Below, one piece after another: positions 14,436-24,462 of a stretch of 60,629 nucleotides of DNA (position 1 is the stretch's first letter; each line of letters opens with the position of its first letter). Position numbers and translations under genes: made by a program. The stretch is taken from assembly GCA_001600695.1 (NCBI GenBank), contig BCKQ01000011.1, positions 431,092 through 491,720 of the forward strand, in the 5' to 3' direction. Origin of the DNA: Ascoidea asiatica JCM 7603. Its lineage: Eukaryota > Fungi > Ascomycota. The notes below the pieces were generated by a model. That model was given only the letters and a program-made list of their open reading frames with translations. It was not told the DNA's origin and made no database searches.

Positions 14436-14989
14436 TTTCCTTAATTCTTTTGATATTCCTTCTGAATCTGATGAATTGAGAGTGAATGAATGAAAAAATT
14501 GAAAAACCTGCTACTTCAATTTCATTTCCTTGAAGCTCATCAATAAATACCAAAATATCAACAACACCATAAGCTCCAAAACACCAAAAGGTTAAAAATA
14601 TTTTAAAAAAAAACACAAACACGCGAAACCTGCACATCTCGGTCGGTAACTGCCTAAACACGCGCTGGTACTTTCCTGGGCCATTTTTTTTATTTTGGCT
14701 GATAAAATATATTTTAGCATGGCGACAGTTTTTAGTAATATTCAATTGTAAATAGAGTGGTGGAAAATGGGAAAAAATAAAGAAGTAAGTATATTTTAAA
14801 AGTTGCAATTTTAGGAATCATATTCAGAATAAAAGTTCATATCAGATATATTCGTCTATAATAGAATAGGTTAATTCTAGCCAAAGATTATAAATATATA
14901 ACAATATCTAGGCTTTATTATCTAGAATTGAACTTAGCCCAAGTTTATTAATTTATTTTATGGTGACCTAGTATTACTTTGAGCAGATT
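14436..14989. promoter_or_regulatory. Bidirectional promoter of the orphan paralog pair with SCB/MCB-like elements
   Basis: 554 bp between divergent ATGs. GC core at ~14615-14685 has ACGCGAAA (14621-14628) and a second ACGCG (~14660). Confidence 0.55.
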
Positions 14990-17900
14990 ATGGAATCTCA
15001 TCTCCCTCAAATAACTATCAATAATGAAAGAATGATCAATTCAAGTAATGCAGAAAAAAAGAACAATCAAAGAGTAAATATTGGGGAAAATGGACAAAAT
15101 TCAAAAAAAAATAAAGGCAGTGATAGCCCAAAAAATGATACCAATAACAATGAAACCAAAAATCATTTGCTTGTAAGTGATTATTTGAAGCAATACATCA
15201 CCATTTTGGTAACTTATTATCAAAAGATTAATGATTTCAAAGGATTATTTATTTTATCCAGTGATTCTTTAGTTATTCCTCCAAATTATCAAATTTTTTC
15301 ATCTGATTTTAATAAACCAAAAAATAGATTCGGTGATTCAATAATTTTACTTTATTTGAATAATGTTTGGAATATAATATTAGTTTCTCCATCTGATAAT
15401 ATATTTTATATTTTTAATTTTACAAATTTAGATGTGGTTAATTTTTATAAAATTTTAAAATCTAGGTTATTAACTTTTTCAAAAGATATAAAAAATATAA
15501 TCAGTGAATTTTATTCATTTGATTTATCTAAAAGATTAATAAATTCTAAAATTTTAAAATTTTATAACTTTGATACTTTTAAAAGTATTTCAAGTTTCAA
15601 TTCTCTATTAAATTCTAATTATGGTAAATTGAATGACTATTTTATCAAAACTTTAATACTTATAATAAAAGAAACTAGATCAATCAAAAAGACTTTAGAT
15701 TTCAAATCAAATATTTTAAAAGCTTTGAATTATAAAATGGCTTTTAATGATTATTTTCTTCATTCAACTATAAGTGAAGATTTTACAAAAAGTTTTTTAA
15801 ACATTGTTCCTAATTCTCCTCCTCGTCTTTCCAAGATATCCTCAAAATCCACTTTTCAAACAAATACTATATCAAAGAATCAAGAGTCTACAGGTAATCA
15901 GACTGATAATCAAAATTCAAATCAAAATACAAATCAAAATCAAAATCAAAATACAATTTCAAATAATGATCAAAATAATCAGATAAATCAAAATAATACA
16001 GAGCGTTTAGTTCAAAATGTAACTCAGAATGATAATGAAAATCATAATTCAAATATAAATGACATTATTGATCTAACCCAGAATCCCGACAATAATTTAA
16101 ATACTGTTTCCAATGTTATAAATAATACACCTCTTACTCCAACCAAGGATCTCAACTTCAATATGATAAAAAACCCTCTTGGTACTGTAAAAAAAAAAAT
16201 TGTTCCCATAAATCCAAATATACATAGTCTCGATGGAATACCTGAGGAATTAATATTTGATATTTCAGAAATTACCTCTTTAGAATCGATGAAAGAAAAA
16301 TATAATCAATTTTATTCAACCAAGGAAATTTTATTCTTCAAATTTAATCCAGATTATAATGCTTCAATATCTCAATCTTTATTTCCAAGTAAAATTGTAT
16401 CAAAATTATTACTTAAAGATCACGCTTCAATATCTTCATCTAACAATGGTCTTGAAAAATATTGTACTGGAAATCCTGAAGTTAAGAATATTTTAAGATT
16501 AATGTCATTCAAGCTTTTCTTAAAAAATTTAGATTCACAATTAATTCATAATATTGAAAAATCATTAAAATTCAAATTACATAAATTCGATTTTATTTTT
16601 TCAAGTAATCCTAGTGCAGATAAAAACTCGTTATTAAACAATATAATAAGTAATATTCTTGAACAAAATCTTGATATTGATATAACTTCAATTTCCTTAA
16701 ATATAAAGCTTTTGCAAAATGAATTTCAAAAACTAGGTTTTAAATTTGATTTGTCGAAAGTAAATTTTAATGGATTTATCCAATTTTTCATTAGCTTAAA
16801 TAAAAGTTTAAGTAATTTTTTACCAAACAATCCTAAAAAAGATCAGCCCATAATTCATATAAATGGAGTTAATCCATTTCTTAATTTATCTACAAAACCA
16901 TATGAATTTATTATTTTAATAAGCAAGCATGGAAATTTATCTCTTGCAATATCTAATAATAATGATACTCTTAAAAGCCCGGTATTGAAAAACTTAACAC
17001 TGGATAGTACTCCAACACCTCAAAGAAATATTGGACATATATTGTCGCCTACTGTGAGAAATACTAACCCAACTAATGAAAACCTTCAAAAGGGAAATAT
17101 TGAAATACAAAATGATAACTTGGGTGATATACTGTATGACTCTTTGATTGATTCAAATGAATTAATTAATGATAATATTTCAGACTTATCTATTATTCCA
17201 AAGGGAACGAAAGAAAAAAATTTGGCAAAAGAAGAAAAAAAAAGAGTTGATAATGAGAAAATTTTAATGAAAAATAGTGAAATTTCGAACTCATCTAATA
17301 TTAGCAATGAGCCAGTAATACATATAAATAATGAAACAATCAATAGTATTAACAATAAGGATAATGTTAATAATATTGCTGCTACTTTAAATCGCATTCA
17401 AACTCAACAAATACCAAATTTTTTTCCTCAGAGTTATAATCAAAAAGCATTTTCGCCTCCAAATCTAAGTACAAGTACAAGTATAAGTACAAGTTCGACC
17501 ATAAATTTGAATGCTAAAGCTAATACCAATATGAATTTTAATCGGACCAATACGAATATAAACCCTAATACTGTTAATTCAAATATAAATGCCAATGCTA
17601 ATGCTCCTATTAATACTAATAGGAATACTAATTCAAATAATAATTCAAGTGGTAATTTAAATAACCATTCAAGTAAAAATTCAAACTCAAATCAATTTCA
17701 AAACCAAAATCAATTTGAATTGCCTCGATATAACCAAAATCAGAATTTAAATCCTAATCAGCAATATGGCCAAATAAAAAATCCAGTGAGAATTGATTCT
17801 AACAGTCCTATTCTAAAAGGTTTCAATGAAGCAGTGAATCAATACTCTTCGCCTTTGACAATAAGAACGGTCAGTGTGTTAGGTTCTGTAATTAATGACA

Positions 17901-20053
17901 AGCAATTAGCAAATATTTTTCAAAAATCTAAAAGTTATTTGAACTCTTTGTCAAACTTTTTAAATCACTTATTTCAATATTTACTTGAATCTAAAAGGAT
18001 AATTGATGAACATTCAGTACAATATCCTAATAATAAAAGCTCAAGTTTCAATGTTATTATTAAGAAATATCTAAATTTAAATTATATATATAAATATTTT
18101 AAACATATTTTCACCTCCTTAAATGAAGTTATCTTAATTATTAGAAGTAATAGACCATTTTCTGAAATTACAATTACTCAAAAAAATTGTATAAATCTTT
18201 TAGCCATTAAAAAACTTTATCAATTCAAACCACCTATAGGTGATATATATAATAATTTTCAAATTGTTTTGAAACAGGATGTTAATAATCCTTCGGAATA
18301 CTTTGTGGATATAGAAGATTGTTCAAATATATTTCCCAAAATTAATTCTATATATTTACCAAAAACTTTAAATGGGAACTCCAATTCTATTGGTAATTTC
18401 CCTAATTCACTTATATCACCTGAACCAAATAATCATAGATCTTTTAGTGTAATTGGAAGAAATACCAATGATTCAAGTGATAGTCGAAACTTTAGTGGTA
18501 AAATAATGGATAATTTATTAACCCAAAATTTTATTCAAAACTCACCAATTTCAGTATCTGATAGAACACAAAATCAATTTACAAATCAAAGCCAGAATCA
18601 ATCTCCAATTTTAGGTCAGAATAATTTTCAATTTCGGCTTCCAAACTCAATATTTCAAGATGGTCAAAAAAATCAGCTAAATAATCAGCAACAGAATCAT
18701 CAACAGAATCATCAATTGAGCAGTCAGATGAATAATCAACAAATGGACCAGCAGATCAATCAACAAATCAATCAACTGAATAATTTAGTGTCTAATCAAG
18801 AGAGTATAAAAAATCGAAACATGATTGTAAATCAAATTCCTAATCAAATTCCTAATCAAACTTTTACTCAGGTTGTGAATCATATTTTCAACCAACCACC
18901 TAATCAAGTACAAAATCAACAACCAAATCAACCACCTCATCTAATTTCTCGTCAAGTCCCTAATCAACTATCTAGTAACAATCGTCAGCAAGATCTTAAT
19001 CAAGTTCCCAACCGAGTTCCTAATCAAATTCTGAATCGACTTTCAACTCAAATACCTAATCCGATTCCAAGTCAAATACCTTCTCAATTATCTACTCAAA
19101 TTCCTAGGCATATACCTAATCTGGCAACTAATCTGATATCAAATCAAGTTCCAAATCAAAATTTTTCTCGTATTCCAAATCGACTATCGAGCGAAGTATC
19201 AAGCCAAATACAGAATCGAGTATTAAATAAAGCACCTAGTAAAGTACCTAATCAAATATATAATCCACCATTCAATCAAACACTCAATCAGGCACCTAAT
19301 CAATTCTCAACACCAATTAAATTTCATAATCAAATTTCAAATCAACCTGATAATAAACAAATTAATAAAAATAATGATGTTAAAGTTTTAAGAATATTTA
19401 CAATTATTGAAAAACTTATAAATAATGAAAAACTTAAAGAAAATTTTGATATATTAAAATCATTTTCAATATATTTAAAAGAAATTTTAAAGGAATATAG
19501 AATAAATTTAAATGAAAAATTTAAAAATAATCAAATTTATTTATATAAAAATGATAAATTAAATAAAGAAATTTATTTTATTTATAATTTCAAAAAAAAT
19601 TTAATTGAAATATTTAGTATTGAATTAATTAAACCAATTTTAGAAACTGAGAAAAATAAAAATAAAAATAAAAATAAAAAAATTGAAGAAAACAAAGGAG
19701 AAGAATCAAATGAACAGTCATTTAAGAAAAAATTATCAAAAGAGTTATATGAGGAATTGAAAGAATTGAATTTAATTAAGAAAAAAATTGAAGAAAATAA
19801 ATCAAATTTAATTAAAATTACAGAGGAATTTGAAAAAAGTAAAAAAGTTAATGAGAGTTTTATTGAAGAAGAAAGAAAACTTATTATAAATTTTGAAAAA
19901 GAATTTAATGAAATTAATAATAAATTAAATGAAGATAAACAAAAGATTGAAGAAGAAATTATGAAAGTTAAAAGAAATTTTAATGAAGAAAAGGTAAAAG
20001 TAATAAATGAAATTAAATTAATTGATAATAAATTAAGTTTAGTTAATAAATGA
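14990..20053 (+). CDS. Orphan 1687-aa protein (paralog B); shared N-terminal domain, N/Q-rich NQ[IV]P repeats, C-terminal coiled coil
   Basis: 5 kb uninterrupted ORF. VWNI..S...F..NFT.L block and NG[IV]NP motif are shared with paralog A. Confidence 0.85.
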   Translation: MESHLPQITINNERMINSSNAEKKNNQRVNIGENGQNSKKNKGSDSPKNDTNNNETKNHLLVSDYLKQYITILVTYYQKINDFKGLFILSSDSLVIPPNYQIFSSDFNKPKNRFGDSIILLYLNNVWNIILVSPSDNIFYIFNFTNLDVVNFYKILKSRLLTFSKDIKNIISEFYSFDLSKRLINSKILKFYNFDTFKSISSFNSLLNSNYGKLNDYFIKTLILIIKETRSIKKTLDFKSNILKALNYKMAFNDYFLHSTISEDFTKSFLNIVPNSPPRLSKISSKSTFQTNTISKNQESTGNQTDNQNSNQNTNQNQNQNTISNNDQNNQINQNNTERLVQNVTQNDNENHNSNINDIIDLTQNPDNNLNTVSNVINNTPLTPTKDLNFNMIKNPLGTVKKKIVPINPNIHSLDGIPEELIFDISEITSLESMKEKYNQFYSTKEILFFKFNPDYNASISQSLFPSKIVSKLLLKDHASISSSNNGLEKYCTGNPEVKNILRLMSFKLFLKNLDSQLIHNIEKSLKFKLHKFDFIFSSNPSADKNSLLNNIISNILEQNLDIDITSISLNIKLLQNEFQKLGFKFDLSKVNFNGFIQFFISLNKSLSNFLPNNPKKDQPIIHINGVNPFLNLSTKPYEFIILISKHGNLSLAISNNNDTLKSPVLKNLTLDSTPTPQRNIGHILSPTVRNTNPTNENLQKGNIEIQNDNLGDILYDSLIDSNELINDNISDLSIIPKGTKEKNLAKEEKKRVDNEKILMKNSEISNSSNISNEPVIHINNETINSINNKDNVNNIAATLNRIQTQQIPNFFPQSYNQKAFSPPNLSTSTSISTSSTINLNAKANTNMNFNRTNTNINPNTVNSNINANANAPINTNRNTNSNNNSSGNLNNHSSKNSNSNQFQNQNQFELPRYNQNQNLNPNQQYGQIKNPVRIDSNSPILKGFNEAVNQYSSPLTIRTVSVLGSVINDKQLANIFQKSKSYLNSLSNFLNHLFQYLLESKRIIDEHSVQYPNNKSSSFNVIIKKYLNLNYIYKYFKHIFTSLNEVILIIRSNRPFSEITITQKNCINLLAIKKLYQFKPPIGDIYNNFQIVLKQDVNNPSEYFVDIEDCSNIFPKINSIYLPKTLNGNSNSIGNFPNSLISPEPNNHRSFSVIGRNTNDSSDSRNFSGKIMDNLLTQNFIQNSPISVSDRTQNQFTNQSQNQSPILGQNNFQFRLPNSIFQDGQKNQLNNQQQNHQQNHQLSSQMNNQQMDQQINQQINQLNNLVSNQESIKNRNMIVNQIPNQIPNQTFTQVVNHIFNQPPNQVQNQQPNQPPHLISRQVPNQLSSNNRQQDLNQVPNRVPNQILNRLSTQIPNPIPSQIPSQLSTQIPRHIPNLATNLISNQVPNQNFSRIPNRLSSEVSSQIQNRVLNKAPSKVPNQIYNPPFNQTLNQAPNQFSTPIKFHNQISNQPDNKQINKNNDVKVLRIFTIIEKLINNEKLKENFDILKSFSIYLKEILKEYRINLNEKFKNNQIYLYKNDKLNKEIYFIYNFKKNLIEIFSIELIKPILETEKNKNKNKNKKIEENKGEESNEQSFKKKLSKELYEELKELNLIKKKIEENKSNLIKITEEFEKSKKVNESFIEEERKLIINFEKEFNEINNKLNEDKQKIEEEIMKVKRNFNEEKVKVINEIKLIDNKLSLVNK

Positions 20054-20294
20054 CATTATATATTATAATAAATAAGTTTTTAATTCAATTTGAATTTTGG
20101 TTGTAATTGAAATTAAAAGAATTGTTGAAATTAGAATTTTACAAATGCTTTATTTACAAATTTAAAAATATAATTGAATCATTTAAATCATTTATAATCA
20201 TTATATTAAAAATTAAAAGAAAGAAAAAAAAAATTTAAAAGTAAATTATATATGTAGTGTATATATTGTATATTAATTAATTAATTGAAGGAAA

Positions 20295-21050
20295 TTATTT
20301 TTTTTGACCTTGAGCGGCAACAGCAGCTGCACCAGCAGCAGCAGCTTCAGGATCTAAATAATAAGGAGCTTTAACAGGTTTTAAATTATCATCTAATTCA
20401 AAAACTAAAGGAATACCAGTTGGAATATTAATTTCAGCAATTTCTTCAGCAGTTACACCAGTTAAATATTTATATAAACCTCTTAAAGAATTACCATGAG
20501 CAACAACTAAAACAGTTTTATTTAATAATAATTCTTTTGAAATTTCATCTTGCCAATATGGTAACATTCTTTCAATAACTAATTTTAAAGATTCAGTTTT
20601 TGGTATAACATTTGGATCAATATTATTATATCTTGGATCATTAAATTGACTAAATTCATTTGAATTTGAAATTGGTGGTGGTGGTACATCATAACTTCTT
20701 CTATAAGTTTTAAATAAAGTTGGACCAAATTTTTCTAAAGCTTCAGATTTATCTTTACCTTGTAAATCACCATAATGTCTTTCATTTAATCTCCAAGATC
20801 TTTTAACATCAATAAATAATCTATCAGAAGATTCTAAAGCTAAATTTGCAGTTTGAATAGCTCTTGATAATTTTGAAGTGAATAAAATTTCTGGTTTTAA
20901 ACCTGAATTTTTTAAAAGTATACCAGCATTAATTGCTTCATTTTTACCTTTTTCAGATAATTTAACATCAACCCAACCTGTGAATAAATTTTTTGAATTC
21001 CATTCACTTTGACCATGACGAATTAAAATTAATTTTTTAGTTTCAGACAT
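20295..21050 (-). CDS. GPM1: 2,3-BPG-dependent phosphoglycerate mutase
   Basis: LILIRHGQSEWN..NLFTGWVDV, WRLNERHYGDLQGKDK, VAHGNSLRG, NIPTGIPLVFELD, C-terminal AAAAGAAAVAAQG. Confidence 0.98.
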   Translation of the reverse strand: MSETKKLILIRHGQSEWNSKNLFTGWVDVKLSEKGKNEAINAGILLKNSGLKPEILFTSKLSRAIQTANLALESSDRLFIDVKRSWRLNERHYGDLQGKDKSEALEKFGPTLFKTYRRSYDVPPPPISNSNEFSQFNDPRYNNIDPNVIPKTESLKLVIERMLPYWQDEISKELLLNKTVLVVAHGNSLRGLYKYLTGVTAEEIAEINIPTGIPLVFELDDNLKPVKAPYYLDPEAAAAGAAAVAAQGQKK

Positions 21051-23470
21051 TTTTAAAAAGATAATTTGATATGATGATTAATTTATTAAATTAGTTTATG
21101 TTTTAAATTATTTTATTATTATTATTTTATGATGATATAATAAAAGACAATAAAGATGAAAAAAACAAAAGGTTAAAGGTGAATAGAGTAATTGAAGTAG
21201 GATATTTAAGATATTTATATTATTTTATTGAATAATTTGATATTTTTTTTCAATGATTAATGATTATGGTTAATATGGAAGGAGAAGAATAAGTTTAGTG
21301 GTTTAATGAATAATTAAGATTGGAGTAATCATCAGATGGCTGGGAGAATTGCAATCAATCGTTAAGGTTCCAAGTTGCAAGTTTGCAAGTCTTGACATCT
21401 TGAGATGGAGGAGCAGAGGAAGACAAGGGAAGAAGGTGTTGGTTATGGTGGTGGTCAGGTGATAAGACCCAGGAGGGTGGTAGACGTAGTGTGATGTAGA
21501 CAGGGGTGGGTGTGCCTTTGAATGCAGTAAAAAAATAGACCCGCAGTTAAGGTCTCACAAGTGCACATGCCTAGCTCATAACCGTTGCTGATGTAACATC
21601 TTACTAAGCTAAGGTCATTTTTTTATTTTAAAACCAGTTTGATGGGTCTTTTTTCTTTTAGTATGATTGGCTGACGTTAAAGAATAAACAATAGAGAGAT
21701 GAGGAGATGATATAAGAAACAGGAATAGACATTGAAATAAACATCTGAATATAAAGCGATATGAAGGAAGAAAAGAAAAAAGAAAGGCAAAAAAAGGAAT
21801 ATATTTACATGGAACTAAGTCGATTAATATATAAATGGAGTAAAAATATTGAGTTATTACATAAAATATTCAATACTCATGGTATATTAAATGAATAAAA
21901 TAATGAAATCAGTACTTTAACTATTGGCGGTAGTAATAAGATTATTGTATTAAATATTATGCCTAGATTTCCAAGATTTTAATGTAATAGACTGATAGTA
22001 AAGTTGCAGTAACCGTTGAATAGTACATTAGCACTAATGCAGTAGTGAATTAATATACGAAACGAGAAATTAAAGGGCGCTTCGTTTTGAAAATTATGAA
22101 AGAAAAGTTTTTTTTTTTATGATTTGAATTAAAATGGAACTAAAACAATAGGTAAAAAAAATTAAAGGAATTTAAGGAATGTATCAGACGATTAATTGCT
22201 AAAATGGATTTAAAAAAAAAAAATTTTAAAATTTTCAGAATTCAAAATTTCAAAATTTCAAAATTTCAGAATATTATTGTAAATACAAAAAAAATAATAA
22301 AATAAAATAAAAAAAAAAAGGTTTCACAAGTCAAAAAGAAATATTTTTTTAAAAGAAAAGAACCTAAAAAAAGAAGAAAAAAATTTGTTAATTTAAAGAA
22401 TAAATTAGGAATTTGAAATGAATGGAAAGTTTATTTTAAAGACAAAATCATCCCTCATTTACTTGATAATTCAATAATTTATGAGATTAAATAGAAACAT
22501 AAAAAAAAAAACAGTTATGCAATTCAAATTCTATTATTTTAAAAAAACCGTTTTTATATTAATCATATCTGAATTTGTATTTGTATTTGTATTTGTTTCA
22601 CCTGTCAATTATTATTAATTATCAATTACAAGTATTAATCAATTAACAATTACCATCCACAAGTAATAGTTTCCAATCTAAGAATGTATATCTATATATC
22701 TAATATCATTTCATATTTCCGAAAATATCAATTTTTTGTTATATTTAACAATAATAAAATATATAATTATGAAAATTTTTGAAAACCGGATCTTGGATAT
22801 AATTATAGTAGCTATTTACTTCCGATATAAATGAAATATGGGATTACAATGCAATGAAAAGAAATGATGTGAAGTGAATTTAAATATAAATTAAATTCAG
22901 GTCTAATTGAATCATAAATACAATTAGTGAATATAATAAAATTAATGAACATAAACATGTGCACTTGCAATGACCAATTAGGTAACTTTACAAACGAAGC
23001 TAAGCAGATTGTCGCAATGCATGGGCCTTTCTTCTATTTCATCCTTTTCCATTATTAATTTTTCTCTTCTTCTCCTTCTTCTCTCATTTTATCAAGTCTT
23101 TCTCTCAACGGATTTCCTTCTTTTACTCTTCATCGGTTTTTTCCTCTTCAACCTTTTCTATCATTGTATTTCCCAGGGAATTCTCTTTCTCCAAAACAAA
23201 CAGACAATTAGAAATTGCGCTCTCCGAACTGAGCACGCGACAAGAATCGCCGGTAGAACCACCACAAGAATAGAAAAAAAAAGAAGTAAAGGAAGTGTGT
23301 TAGTGCTGTTATTGCTGCTGTTACTGCTGCTCATATTATTATTGTAATTATTATTATTGTAATTATTATTGCTGTTTTCCTGAATCGCTGTTTGCTCTTT
23401 AATTACGAGACAGCTGCAAATTGTCGGTCGTCAGCCTAAACATGTTGTGCCGGATTAGGAAAGTGGCCTC

Positions 23471-23498
23471 CGCACGTGGGCCCTGTCTAGCACGTTTC
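23471..23498. promoter_or_regulatory. Paired Pho4-type E-boxes upstream of PHO84
   Basis: GCACGTGGG (CACGTG at 23473-23478) and GCACGTTT (CACGTT at 23491-23496) match the high- and low-affinity Pho4 site types. They lie ~980 bp upstream of a phosphate transporter. Confidence 0.75.
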
Positions 23499-23720
23499 GT
23501 GCTCTGATTGGCTGTGTCTATCTTACTCTTCTCCCATGCCCAGCTATTTCTGCATTTCATGGATCTTTTCCTGCTTCTTTTTCCAAAAAACAAAAACTTT
23601 CATTAGATACTTTCATAAACTATCATAAATTATCCAAAGGGTGTATTCTTATTCATTCTTAATTATTGACACCATGGAGAAATAGTAACTAAATATCTAT
23701 TCACTATCCAATAATCTCTT

Positions 23721-23820
23721 AATCTCATACAATCTCATACAATCTCATACAATCTCATACAATCTCATTCAATCTTTTAATAATATTCAATAATATTCAA
23801 TAATATTCAATAATATTCAA
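23721..23820. repeat. Two adjacent 10-bp tandem arrays, (AATCTCATAC)4 and (TAATATTCAA)4
   Basis: Read directly from sequence. Confidence 0.9.
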
Positions 23821-24340
23821 TAACAGTTTAACACTTTAATTCAATTCAATATTACTCTGTTTTGCTTCATTAAATATTCAAAAACTCAAAAAGCAACAGT
23901 GTTTTCTAACATAGTTTTTTCAATTAATTTTTTTTTTTTGCTTTCATTAAAACTTTTAACTTTCATGTTAAGTTCAAATAGCCTCTTGAAATTTATTAGT
24001 TTACTTCTTTTAAATCAAAAGTAAAGTAAAAAAAAATTAAAATTTTAATGAGAATTGTAAGCTTTTCCAAGAAATTCAATTTCTTAATTTTTACAGTAAG
24101 TAATGTACTAAATTACTACTGGTAGTAATTCATTGACTGGATATTAATACCGATAAAAATTTAAAATATTGAGGAATTTTAAATTCATATAAAACTAATC
24201 TTTTTGCTGTTTTATTTCAGTATTCTTTTTTTTTTATATATATTTCATTGTTTTCTTAATTTGAAATTCATTACAATCCTTTTTTACTTTATATTATATA
24301 TAATTATATTTATATATATATTTATATTTTTATATCATAT

Positions 24341-24430
24341 CTTATAATATCTTATAATATCTTATAATATCTTATAATATCTTATAATATCTTATAATAT
24401 CTTATAATATTCTATAATATCCTATAATAT
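24341..24430. repeat. 10-bp tandem array (CTTATAATAT)7 plus 2 degenerate copies, just upstream of the PHO84 ATG
   Basis: Read directly from sequence. Confidence 0.92.
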
Positions 24431-24462
24431 CCAATAATAATATCTTATTATCCTAATTAAAA

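Noticed and set aside
10320-20053. Idea that the orphan pair is SIR4/ASF2 (adjacent paralogs, similar size, C-terminal coiled coil)
   Set aside because: No Sir4 motif recognised; the resemblance is limited to size and architecture.
23721-24430. CRISPR-like array
   Set aside because: Head-to-tail repeats without spacers in a eukaryotic context.
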